Assembly: GCA_018400815.1 (NCBI GenBank)
Contig: JAGYLS010000021.1
Coordinates: 1-25,326 of the forward strand
Length of the DNA stretch: 25,326 nt
Reading direction: 5' to 3'
From: Candidatus Oleincola secundus
GTDB taxonomy: Bacteria > Atribacterota > Phoenicimicrobiia > Phoenicimicrobiales > Stramentimicrobiaceae
The notes under the pieces are model-generated. The model was given only the letters and a program-made list of their open reading frames with translations, was not told the origin of the DNA and did no database searches. Shown one piece after another: positions 8,249 to 17,392 of this stretch; position 1 is the first letter of the stretch; every line of letters begins with the position of its first letter. Made by a program: the position numbers and the translations under genes.

Positions 8249-8277
8249 TTGACAAATAGTGATAATAATGCTATATT
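8249..8277 (+). promoter_or_regulatory. Sigma70-type promoter
   Basis: TTGACA (8249-8254), 17 bp, TATATT with TGn extension. Confidence 0.65.
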
Positions 8278-8311
8278 TCAGTAAGAAAATACAACAAAGA
8301 GGTGAATTGAA

Positions 8312-8593
8312 ATGGTAGAAGTTATTGGTAAAATTGCCAGGAATGGACATATTACAATTCCCGGGAAAATAAGAAAAATATTAAATATTGAAGATGGAGA
8401 TATTGTTAAATTCAATGTGGAAGGTAACAAAATAACTATTACCCCGGGAGTTATTATAGATAAAGACCAGGCGTATTTCTTTAAAAAAGAAACACAGGAA
8501 CAGATAAAAAAATCAGAGAAAGAAATTAAAGAAGGTAAGTATTCAACTTTTGCCTCTGCTAAAGATTTAAAGAAAGCAATTGAAAGTGAATAG
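8312..8593 (+). CDS. AbrB/MazE/SpoVT-family antitoxin
   Basis: RNGHITIPGKIRKILNIEDGDIVKF and DKDQAYFF motifs. GAGGTG RBS. Confidence 0.87.
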   Translation: MVEVIGKIARNGHITIPGKIRKILNIEDGDIVKFNVEGNKITITPGVIIDKDQAYFFKKETQEQIKKSEKEIKEGKYSTFASAKDLKKAIESE

Positions 8594-8852
8594 AAAAATA
8601 CACATACCAGAACATCTAGTTAAATCATTGAAAGGTAAGAGAAAATTTCCGAAACCGATTAAAGAAAAGTTTTACTGGTGCCTGACTATGCTTTTAGGAA
8701 ATCCACAATATCCTTCTTTAAGAAATAAAACGGTAAAAGGAACAACAGATATATGGGAATTTAGCATTAATAAAAACTATAGATGTATATACAGAAAAGA
8801 CAAAGAGGATATATATATTTTAGCGATTGCCAAACATGAAGATGCTTTTTAG
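8586..8852 (+). CDS. RelE-superfamily toxin (divergent)
   Basis: NPQYPSLRNKTVKGT..IWEFSINKNYRCIY...YILAIAKHE. Resembles 6195-6452. Start may be 8580 or 8586. Confidence 0.75.
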   Translation: MNRKIHIPEHLVKSLKGKRKFPKPIKEKFYWCLTMLLGNPQYPSLRNKTVKGTTDIWEFSINKNYRCIYRKDKEDIYILAIAKHEDAF

Positions 8853-8857
8853 GAAAT

Positions 8858-8969
8858 AATTTACTTTCAAAAATTTTATTGTATTTTGAGCTAAATACTA
8901 AGTACCAAAGACTAACGACTTTTTTATAAGTGGATGAGATTGCTTTGTCGCTACGCTCCGCGCAATGAC
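8858..8969 (-). repeat. Block E copy 1 (112 bp, includes GTCATTGCG...GCAATCTC REP-like element at 8932-8969)
   Basis: Inverted match to 23490-23601 with about 12 mismatches. Partial CGCAATGAC half-copies follow at about 8982-9075. Confidence 0.88.
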
Positions 8970-9194
8970 AAAAAAAGGAAAACTCCGCGCAATGACAAAA
9001 TAGTATCGTACAAGTATGTAGTATCGAAGTCTTCTCCAACGCAATGAAGCTCAAGGGTGACTACGCGCAATGACGGAGGGATGGTCTCCCATCTTTTTCT
9101 CTCTTAAAAAGTTGAATTAATACTGCCATGGTTGTAAACTATTAAAATAGATTTAATTTTTACTACATTAAGATCTTTCAAGGCGATAAATATC

Positions 9195-10337
9195 ATGAAA
9201 ATAATTATTGTTGGTGCTGGCCCGGTTGGTTGTTATACTGCTCAATTACTAACAAGAATGGGTTATAAGCCTATTGTGTTGGAAGAACATTCCAGTGTAG
9301 GAAAACCCGTACAGTGTGCCGGAATTGTATCTTCAAAGCTTTTTTCTAAGACAAAATCATTAATTTCAGAGGAAGCAATTATAAATCGGATTAATGGATT
9401 TTCTATCAGTTCACCATGGGTGGAAGAATTTTCAATCAATATTCCTGGTATTGCCTGCATTATTAATCGAGAAAAGTTTGATATAAATATGGGAAAAGAC
9501 TTAGATATTCGCTTGGATAAACGTGTTTCTTATATCGAAAAAGAGAAAAAGCAGTACTGTGTAAAAACAGTACAAGGGGAAACATTTAAAGCAGATATTT
9601 TGATTGGTGCTGATGGTCCTGATTCAATTGTCCGCAATTATATGCTGGAAAATTACAGCAAAAATAAAAGCAATATAAATTCAAAAATAAATTATTATTT
9701 CGGTATGCAATATCAAATACAATTGTATGAAGATTATTCGAACATTTCTGATGATTTAATTCAAGTTTTTTTTGATAGCAATATTCCATTTTTTCTCTGG
9801 ATTATCCCTGAGAGTAAAGAAAAGCTACGTGTTGGGGTAGTAGCTGAAAATGCAAAAAATATATTGGATGGGTTTATTAAAAGCAAAAATATAAAAGGGG
9901 AAATCATTGACGTTATTGCTGGTAAAATACCTATGGGGTTCATTCCAACCTACTATAACAATATTGCCCTGGTTGGAGATGCTGCCTGTCAAATAAAACC
10001 TTTAACAGGTGGTGGTCTGTCTTATGGTATCCAATCTGCCAGTTTACTTGCTGATTGCATAGAAGAAGGCCATCTAAGTAAATATGACCAGAGATGGAAA
10101 AGGAAGTTTGGGAAAGAAATACGGTTTGGTTTAAAGGCGAGAAATATTTATGAGAATTTAGATAGTAAGCAGAGGGGAAAAATATTTAGTTTATTCAAAA
10201 AGAATTCTCATTTTATTGAACAGGTTGTTGACTTTGATAATCACTCTATATTATTTAAAGAAGCATTTAAAAATCCCCAGCTGCTATTTGATGCAGGAAA
10301 ACTATTAGGATTTTATATGGAAGACATGTTAAAATAG
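9195..10337 (+). CDS. Geranylgeranyl reductase-family FAD-dependent oxidoreductase
   Basis: IVGAGPVG, PVQCAG, IGADG and LVGDAACQIKPLTGGGL motifs. Confidence 0.85.
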   Translation: MKIIIVGAGPVGCYTAQLLTRMGYKPIVLEEHSSVGKPVQCAGIVSSKLFSKTKSLISEEAIINRINGFSISSPWVEEFSINIPGIACIINREKFDINMGKDLDIRLDKRVSYIEKEKKQYCVKTVQGETFKADILIGADGPDSIVRNYMLENYSKNKSNINSKINYYFGMQYQIQLYEDYSNISDDLIQVFFDSNIPFFLWIIPESKEKLRVGVVAENAKNILDGFIKSKNIKGEIIDVIAGKIPMGFIPTYYNNIALVGDAACQIKPLTGGGLSYGIQSASLLADCIEEGHLSKYDQRWKRKFGKEIRFGLKARNIYENLDSKQRGKIFSLFKKNSHFIEQVVDFDNHSILFKEAFKNPQLLFDAGKLLGFYMEDMLK

Positions 10338-10372
10338 GTCATAGGAAGATATAGGATATAGGAGGAGTTTAT

Positions 10373-11443
10373 ATGAAAGCGATTATACTATGTGCAGGGA
10401 AAGGGACTAGATTAAGACCGCTTACTTATACCAGCGCAAAACATCTTATTCCATTGGCAAATAAGCCGGCTTTAGAATACGGTATAGAGAAAATAAAAGA
10501 ATGCGGAATAGATGAAATTGGTATTATTATTGGTGAAGAAACTGGAGAAGATATCAAGCGGGAAATTGGTGATGGACAGAAGTTTGGGATTAAGATTAGT
10601 TATATAATGCAGAAAGAACCGCTTGGATTAGCCCATGCTGTGAAAGTATCTCGAGATTTTTTAAAGGATGAACCCTTTCTGATGTATTTAGGTGATAATT
10701 TACTGAAAAATAATATTTCACAATATCGTAAAAAATTTGAAGAGGGCAAAAAACAGGCTTTTGTTCTGTTGACACATGTAGATAACCCACAAGCTTTTGG
10801 CATAGTTGAGCTTAAGGACAAGAAAATTGTTCGAATGGTTGAAAAACCAAAAGATCCGCCAACTGACTTAGCACTTATCGGGGTATATTTTTTTGATAAA
10901 GCTATCCATCAAGCTATTGATAATATTAAACCTTCAGGTCGGGGAGAGCTAGAAATAACTGATGCCGTTCAATGGCTGGTTGATAATCAATATGATGTTG
11001 AGGCTGAAGTTATTGAGGGCTGGTGGAAAGATACCGGCAAGCCTGAGGATATTATTGAGGCAAATCGCTTGATTTTAGAAGATATTTCCCGAGATTTAAG
11101 AAGTGCAATAATTGATACCAAGTCTAAGGTGTTTGGCAGAGTTAATTTAGCTAAAAATGTAGAAATCATTAATTCGACAATATTAGGTCCGGTTGTAATT
11201 GGTGAGAATGCCAAAATTATCAATTCTTATATAGGTCCTTTTACATCTTTATCCGAGGGAGTCACTGTTGAGAATGGTGAAGTTGAGTATAGTGTTGTAA
11301 TGTCCAATACTTATATCGAAAATGTCAAGTGTCGAATGCAGAATTGTCTAATTGGTAAGGATGTTCATATCTATCGTTCCGGAGAGATGCCCAGGGTTCA
11401 TGAATTTATACTGGCAGATGACAGCAGTGTTCGATTAATTTAA
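10373..11443 (+). CDS. rfbA: Glucose-1-phosphate thymidylyltransferase, long form
   Basis: AGKGTRLRPLTYTSAKHLIPLANKP, QKEPLGLAHA, YLGDN, SGRGELEITDA, WWKDTGKP, plus a C-terminal beta-helix extension. Confidence 0.9.
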   Translation: MKAIILCAGKGTRLRPLTYTSAKHLIPLANKPALEYGIEKIKECGIDEIGIIIGEETGEDIKREIGDGQKFGIKISYIMQKEPLGLAHAVKVSRDFLKDEPFLMYLGDNLLKNNISQYRKKFEEGKKQAFVLLTHVDNPQAFGIVELKDKKIVRMVEKPKDPPTDLALIGVYFFDKAIHQAIDNIKPSGRGELEITDAVQWLVDNQYDVEAEVIEGWWKDTGKPEDIIEANRLILEDISRDLRSAIIDTKSKVFGRVNLAKNVEIINSTILGPVVIGENAKIINSYIGPFTSLSEGVTVENGEVEYSVVMSNTYIENVKCRMQNCLIGKDVHIYRSGEMPRVHEFILADDSSVRLI

Positions 11444-11476
11444 AAGTGAATTTAAGGTTATTTTTAGATTAAGAAA

Positions 11477-14400
11477 TTAAAAAGAGATACCTGTTTGGAA
11501 ATAAAAGCGGAATTGGGAAGATTCAGTTATGGGTTTTCCTACTCCGAGAGTAATATTAAAAGGACTGTTGTGTGCAGAGTTAAATTTGAAAATTAACTCT
11601 GCACCGACAGATGCATTTATTTTATGATGGAAACTATCAAACTTTTCTTCCCAGGCATGACCTGCATCCAGGAATAGGGAGCCGGAAATTCTTTCTAAAA
11701 AGATAGAAGCCCAGTCAAAGCCAACTTTTTCTTCAACTGTTTTAATGGGAAAGCGATATTCCAAACTGCTACAGAATAGATTTTTCCCGCTAAAAGAAGA
11801 GGAAGAAAAACCTCGCAATGGAAAAGAGCTGTTATTAATAGAATTCAGTTTAGTGTTGTTTATATTTCCGCCAAGATGAAACTGTTCTTTTTCATTTAAG
11901 CTTTTTGATGTAGCCCCAACAACCAAACGAAGTGCCATAACTTGATTTTGACCGGAAAGGGGGAAATATTTTCTACCATCAAAGAGTATCTTGCTAAAGG
12001 TTAAATCACTACCCAGTATTTTATTGGCATGTTGATAGCTTAAAGAAAAAGAAGAGCCGGTTTCAGGACTGATAGAAGACTGATAGCTTTCTGTATCATT
12101 ATAGCTATACCTGAGAACAAGGGAGTTTATCTTTCTAAAAAAGCTGTCTGTGTTATCATTATCTTCTACCTTGAAACTATATAAATCATTTTGGAATCCC
12201 AGGGAAATATTCTCATTAAAATAACGGGCAGAGTCCTGTTGAGAAGTGTAACCTTCCCGGGGGAAGTTTATTTTAGCCTGAAATCTAGAGTTAGTGAATT
12301 CCGGGTCGAAAAAATTATTTATCTGTCTATCTTCCAGCAATGTTTCACCCTGCCAGGAAAATGAAAACACCGGTTTATGTGCATAATTGATAAATTGAAT
12401 ATCGTAATAGAGGGAAGGATTCATGATACCCCAGGCCATTTTGAAGGGGAGGTTATAAAATTTTAAATAGTCTTGTGCTAAGCTGGAGAAACCAAGATAT
12501 AGATCATTTGAAGTAAAGGCAAAATAAGGAGTCCAGTAAGTTGGTACTATGCTATCCCAGGGAGAATAATCTGTAGTTTGTGACAGGGGACGGTCCTTGA
12601 TACAGGGGATGATACAGGGGACGGTTCTCTGTTTTTCAACAAACAGAGAACCGTCCCCTGTATCATGATGAATATCCGATGATTCCCATAACAATTCTTC
12701 CGTTCTTGATAAATGTAATTCATAACCTGAAGAATGGTATTGAATGAAAGCCAATTCTTCTCCGTCAGGTGAAATTGCCGGTTCAAAAGCTCCCGTAAGA
12801 ACATTAGTCAATCTGAATAACTGCTCATTTTCTACATTATAGGCATATAGATTAAAGATTCCGCTTCGGTCTGAAGAAAAGAAAAGATATTGTCCATCTG
12901 GCGACCAATTGGGGCTGATATCTGTAAACTTGTCATGTGTGATAGCCTTAGCAGATTGAATTTGGTTATTACTATCTAGTTCTATAATATAAATATCCTG
13001 ATAACCATTTTGCCATAAGGAGAATGCTATTTGATTGCCACTGGGGGACCAGACCGGTTGGGAGATCTGTGTACCATCACTAAAATCAGTTAGATAGGTG
13101 ATATTTTCAAAAGATATCAAATTTGTTTTAGAAGAATTACTTTCAATTTGACTAACAGTTTTTTCATTAAAACTATCAAGAAATTTTTGCTCAATAGAGA
13201 AAAGAACCAGATTGTTATTGCCCGCATCATTAAGAACAGCTATGATTTTATTTTGCGAATGATGTGGATGCCAGCTGGGGTCTTTTATTCTCATTCCCTC
13301 AGATAGTCTGATTTGCTTTCCATTTTCCAGTTGATATAAAAATAGGTCATGATAGTGATAATATTGTTGATATTTGGATAGCTTGGTATAGAGAAGGTAT
13401 TTTTTATCTTGTGATAAGGTATATGAAGTTCCATGACCGCTAGTCCTATTAATAAGAATATTTTCATCTTTACTGTCAGGGTCATATTCACGAATAGTTG
13501 GATATAATTCTGTATTACTTACTTTGTAAAGCAGAGAAGCTGTCTTGCTGTCCGGCCTTGACAGCCATAATGGGTCATCAACCCAGTATTGGTGTTTAGT
13601 TAGTTGTTCTGATTGGGTAAGTTCACTGAATTGATATACTTCTTCTGCTTGATGTTGGTAGGATTCATACTGTTCATCCTGCCAGTTTTCATAGAGCCTG
13701 TCCTGATTAATACCGAGTGCCTTTTTTATCGCCCAGTTAATTCCCAAAAAAGGATAGGCAGAAAATATTTCACTAATGTCAATGAGTTTATCTTCACCAT
13801 ACTTTTGAACAATATAATGAATTATAGATTGTCCGTAAATATATGGTAGGTTGCCACCTGGCCAGGATGTGAGATAAGAACCAGCCAAAAGTTCTAAATT
13901 TTTGGGCTGATTTTCTAAAAAATCTGAACGAAGGTACATGTCATACCTGGAATCTTTTGCACGACCCCCCGTACTCCATTTGCTTTCATTGTAAATAGCT
14001 AATCCCTCGATAGCCCACATTGGCTGTAATGCATTAGGAGCAATTATTTGACCTAAAAAGAAACGAAGAAAGGTTGTTCCTTTCCTGGTCATATCAAAAT
14101 GGGCTAAATGGGTATATTCATGAGTTATTAGAATCTTTAACCAGTTTTCAAATTTTGTATCAAAGCTTTTAAATCCCGGTGCAGTAAGATTTATGCGGAT
14201 AGAGCGATGTGGTAATGCCGAGGCAAATCCATAGACATAATCACTAAAGTCCTCCAGGATAATGGCAATTTTATGATTTTCTTTAAACGGCTCGTCAAAA
14301 TATGGAGTTATTTGATGATAGGTTTCTTCGGCTATTTCGGCTACATGAATAGCAATTTGCTGGTACTCGAAAGATGTATGCACAGGACTTTCCCTGGGAA

Positions 14401-14566
14401 AAATTACTGAGAAATGCTGGCTTTCCAGGACCTGCCAGTCGAGAGACGGGTCATATAGTTTTGCCTGTGCTGGTATAGCACAAAACATGTTTAAGACAAG
14501 AGAAACAAATATTAAAGAAAAAATAAAAAATATTTTAATATTTTTATTATTAAGCATATTTATCAA
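11477..14566 (-). CDS. Exported protein: gluzincin-like peptidase domain + PD40/TolB beta-propeller + Omp85/BamA-type beta-barrel
   Basis: Signal peptide (…IPAQA). HEYTH...EGLA zinc motif. Repeated PxWSPDG motifs. LRGF barrel motif and terminal FYFQTGISF beta-signal. Confidence 0.82.
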   Translation of the reverse strand: MINMLNNKNIKIFFIFSLIFVSLVLNMFCAIPAQAKLYDPSLDWQVLESQHFSVIFPRESPVHTSFEYQQIAIHVAEIAEETYHQITPYFDEPFKENHKIAIILEDFSDYVYGFASALPHRSIRINLTAPGFKSFDTKFENWLKILITHEYTHLAHFDMTRKGTTFLRFFLGQIIAPNALQPMWAIEGLAIYNESKWSTGGRAKDSRYDMYLRSDFLENQPKNLELLAGSYLTSWPGGNLPYIYGQSIIHYIVQKYGEDKLIDISEIFSAYPFLGINWAIKKALGINQDRLYENWQDEQYESYQHQAEEVYQFSELTQSEQLTKHQYWVDDPLWLSRPDSKTASLLYKVSNTELYPTIREYDPDSKDENILINRTSGHGTSYTLSQDKKYLLYTKLSKYQQYYHYHDLFLYQLENGKQIRLSEGMRIKDPSWHPHHSQNKIIAVLNDAGNNNLVLFSIEQKFLDSFNEKTVSQIESNSSKTNLISFENITYLTDFSDGTQISQPVWSPSGNQIAFSLWQNGYQDIYIIELDSNNQIQSAKAITHDKFTDISPNWSPDGQYLFFSSDRSGIFNLYAYNVENEQLFRLTNVLTGAFEPAISPDGEELAFIQYHSSGYELHLSRTEELLWESSDIHHDTGDGSLFVEKQRTVPCIIPCIKDRPLSQTTDYSPWDSIVPTYWTPYFAFTSNDLYLGFSSLAQDYLKFYNLPFKMAWGIMNPSLYYDIQFINYAHKPVFSFSWQGETLLEDRQINNFFDPEFTNSRFQAKINFPREGYTSQQDSARYFNENISLGFQNDLYSFKVEDNDNTDSFFRKINSLVLRYSYNDTESYQSSISPETGSSFSLSYQHANKILGSDLTFSKILFDGRKYFPLSGQNQVMALRLVVGATSKSLNEKEQFHLGGNINNTKLNSINNSSFPLRGFSSSSFSGKNLFCSSLEYRFPIKTVEEKVGFDWASIFLERISGSLFLDAGHAWEEKFDSFHHKINASVGAELIFKFNSAHNSPFNITLGVGKPITESSQFRFYFQTGISF
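12579..12666. repeat. In-frame REP-like palindrome inside the Omp85-domain gene
   Basis: Perfect 26-bp arms at 12609-12634 and 12641-12666 with a 6-nt loop, plus two extra ACAGGGGA partial units to the left. Confidence 0.9.
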
Positions 14567-14723
14567 GGCACAACCTCCCCTGATTACAGTTTTACAATTA
14601 TTAATATAACTTGTTTTGCAAAACCTTACAACAAAAATAAATAAATTATAGATATATCTTGGAAACTATAATCATATTCAGGTATAATAAAAATTAATTT
14701 TGCATATGCAACGGAGGTATATT

Positions 14724-15854
14724 TTGGTAGAAAAAAAGGAAAGCTTCAAAAAAAATTCCAAGTCAACGAAGAAAAAATGGTTTGACATATTATTCTACAG
14801 TATGAGTGCGGTAGTTATTTTAGTATTACTATTCATTGGACTTAGGCAGAGAGGGTGGTTGCCTTTATGGATTGATAATTTACCATCATCGCAAATTTCA
14901 GAAATATCCGAAGAGGTTAGAGAGAGAAGATCAGGATTTAATATAATCAATGCTCATGAACATGTGCAGAGCGAAGAAAATATTCCTATGTTGAGAAAAG
15001 CCATGGAAGATTGTCAGGTTGAAAAAATGGTTATGCTGGGAACCTCAGACTTTACATTTTTTTTGGACCCTGAATATGGATTTACCGGATATGACGAAAA
15101 CAATGAAACGATTGTAGGGATTAGCAATAAATATCCCGATGTCTTTGCGGCATTGGTTACTATGGATCCTCGTGATGAAGAAAAGCTGGAAAAATTAAAA
15201 AAATACATTGATGCAGGGGCAGCAGGTGTTAAATTGTACAATGGTCATGGTAGTTTTTATGATATGTTTTTTAATATGCCTTTAGATGATCCCGGGATGA
15301 TGGAAGTATATGAATATTGTGAGCAAGAAGGTATTCCAATTCTGCATCATATTAATACCGGGCGTTTCTTAACTGAAATGGAGCATGTATTACAGGAGTT
15401 TCCGGATTTAGTCCAGGTTGTTCCTCATTTTATGTTATCATCGGGCAATTTATCCAGATTAACCCGCTTGATGAGAGAATATCCGCAGCTTTATACTGAT
15501 ATAAGTTTTGGTCATCCCGACTTTCTGGTTGCCGGTTTTGGAAGAATATCAAATAATCATCTTGCCTTTAGAGAGTTTATGAAAAATTACCGGGACCGGA
15601 TTACCTATGGGACAGACTTGGTAGTAACTACCTATAAAGCCAAAACACGGGCTTACATAGATGATATACATCTTGCCTATATGGACTTATTAGAAAAAGA
15701 TGAATTTACTTTGCCGGCAAGTATTTATGGGATGATGTCTAGCGATGCGCGGAAAAATGTGGACCAGGAAAGAATATATCGTGGCTTAGCATTAGATGAT
15801 GAAACACTACGCATGATCTATCATGATAATGCGATGAAATTGTTTTTCCAATAA
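14724..15854 (+). CDS. Membrane-anchored amidohydrolase-family (TIM barrel) protein
   Basis: N-terminal TM helix. INAHEH, GVKLY, PILHH, VPHF and YGTD metal-site motifs. TTG start after GGAGGT. Confidence 0.82.
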   Translation: MVEKKESFKKNSKSTKKKWFDILFYSMSAVVILVLLFIGLRQRGWLPLWIDNLPSSQISEISEEVRERRSGFNIINAHEHVQSEENIPMLRKAMEDCQVEKMVMLGTSDFTFFLDPEYGFTGYDENNETIVGISNKYPDVFAALVTMDPRDEEKLEKLKKYIDAGAAGVKLYNGHGSFYDMFFNMPLDDPGMMEVYEYCEQEGIPILHHINTGRFLTEMEHVLQEFPDLVQVVPHFMLSSGNLSRLTRLMREYPQLYTDISFGHPDFLVAGFGRISNNHLAFREFMKNYRDRITYGTDLVVTTYKAKTRAYIDDIHLAYMDLLEKDEFTLPASIYGMMSSDARKNVDQERIYRGLALDDETLRMIYHDNAMKLFFQ

Positions 15855-15864
15855 TATTTCGTAA

Positions 15865-16115
15865 ATCAGTATCGAGCCTTAATAGTATTACGTATACCGT
15901 ATAACGTATAACGTGAAGAAAAGTAAATATAAGATTCAAAGAAAGAGATAAGAACAGTCTTTTGTTTACGGTTAAAATCAGTATAGAGTCTGACCTGAAT
16001 AGTATTCCGTATAACGTGAAATAGTAATACAGGATACAAGCTGCAAGATACAAGTTGAGAAATAAGTTTTTTGAAAATTCACCTCCATCTTAATCCTCCC
16101 CCCTCAAGGGGGAAG
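15865..16115. repeat. Module spacer plus reverse BoxC-like palindrome
   Basis: ATAACGT runs (15885-15915, 16006-16020), GATACAA run (16029-16060). 16076-16115 is an inverted copy of the 18808/23322 element. Confidence 0.72.
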
Positions 16116-16257
16116 TAATGATAGAAGGGTATTGAGCATAAATAATATTACCTGTATCGTGAAGAAAATATAAATCTACTGATGAAAAGGTTAGTTTTGG
16201 TTGGTAGATAAACAGATGGGTTAATGAGTAGATTTTAGAAAGGGGAACCTATAAAGA

Positions 16258-17196
16258 GTGAATTATATTTTAGTTGCCGGGATTGCTTTTTTTGTTTCCT
16301 ATATTATTACTCCTTTTATTGCTCAGGTAGGGAAAAAAGAAAATTTCGTAGATAAACCTGGTTATCGTAAAATACATAGTGATTCAGTTCCAAATTTAGG
16401 CGGAATTGTTATATTTTTTGGTTTTATATTGAGCATACTTTTTATTATTCCCATTGAAGGAAAAGCAAAAGGCTTGTTGGCAGGCAGTGTGATTATACTT
16501 CTATTAGGCATTGTTGATGATATTGTAGATTTAAGGCCTCGTTATAAATTTGTAATTCAGATGGTACCCGCCTTACTTGTAATTGGATATCATTATCAGC
16601 CTATTAACCAGTTTATTGCTCAAGAACTATCTTTTTTGAGCATAATAGGTTATTTGCTTTACCCGCTATTGCTTTTTTGGATTACAGGAGTAACTAATTC
16701 AATTAACCTAATTGATGGATTGGATGGTTTGGCCTGTGGAATCTCTGTTATATCACTTGCTACATTATTTATATTGGGTTTGCTTATTGATGGCAATTTC
16801 GAATTATATAATCTTTTAAATATTGCTCTTTTGGGAAGTATGCTGGCTTTTTTTCGCTATAATTTTTATCCGGCAAAGATTTTTCTGGGTGATTCGGGCA
16901 GCACATTTGCCGGTTATATGATTGCTTCCATAGGAGCTTTGTGGGTAATATTATCCGGCAATGCTTTATTTTTATTAATTCCCTTGATTATTCTATTGCT
17001 TCCGGTAGGAGATACGCTTTTTGCAATAGGGAGAAGATATAGAAATCATAAACCAATTTTTCAGGCTGATCAGGGACATTTGCACCATAGATTATTGAAA
17101 AGAGGAATATCTCATCGTAATGTTGTGCTAATATTTTTAGGTATCAATGTAATATGCTGTTTGGTTGCCTTAGGTATTGTTTTGAGCGTAAGATGA
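16258..17196 (+). CDS. Undecaprenyl-phosphate GlcNAc-1-phosphate transferase (WecA/TagO, MraY family)
   Basis: DKPGYRKIH, PNLGG, GIVDD, NSINLIDGLDGLA, KIFLGDSG and DQGHLHHRL motifs. Confidence 0.9.
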   Translation: MNYILVAGIAFFVSYIITPFIAQVGKKENFVDKPGYRKIHSDSVPNLGGIVIFFGFILSILFIIPIEGKAKGLLAGSVIILLLGIVDDIVDLRPRYKFVIQMVPALLVIGYHYQPINQFIAQELSFLSIIGYLLYPLLLFWITGVTNSINLIDGLDGLACGISVISLATLFILGLLIDGNFELYNLLNIALLGSMLAFFRYNFYPAKIFLGDSGSTFAGYMIASIGALWVILSGNALFLLIPLIILLLPVGDTLFAIGRRYRNHKPIFQADQGHLHHRLLKRGISHRNVVLIFLGINVICCLVALGIVLSVR

Positions 17197-17204
17197 AAAT
17201 ATTT

Positions 17205-17272
17205 TAGGGGGTCAGGTCTTCACATTTGACATTTTATTAGAGAAATGTCAAATGTGAAGACCTGACCCCCTA
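17205..17272. repeat. Perfect 30-bp inverted repeat (REP-like; could also act as terminator)
   Basis: TAGGGGGTCAGGTCTTCACATTTGACATTT, 8-nt loop, exact reverse complement. Starts 8 bp after the stop codon. Confidence 0.9.
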
Positions 17273-17392
17273 TGATTGAATTTCATCAGTATATGGTATA
17301 CTTTATCCATAATACTTTTATACTTGGTACTAAATACCAAATAGCATCGACTAACGACTAAATACTATTTTTAAAAGGTTGCACTTATTACA

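Noticed and set aside
1..8970. Classical integron cassette array
   Set aside because: No tyrosine integrase in the window, and I could not find consistent attC R''/R' boxes with hairpins after the genes. Not formally excluded without IntegronFinder.
9263..15241. Short ORFs nested in the core genes (e.g. 9263-9460, 10596-10821, 12547-12804, 13291-13491, 13613-13849, 15014-15241)
   Set aside because: Shadow frames of well-supported long CDSs.
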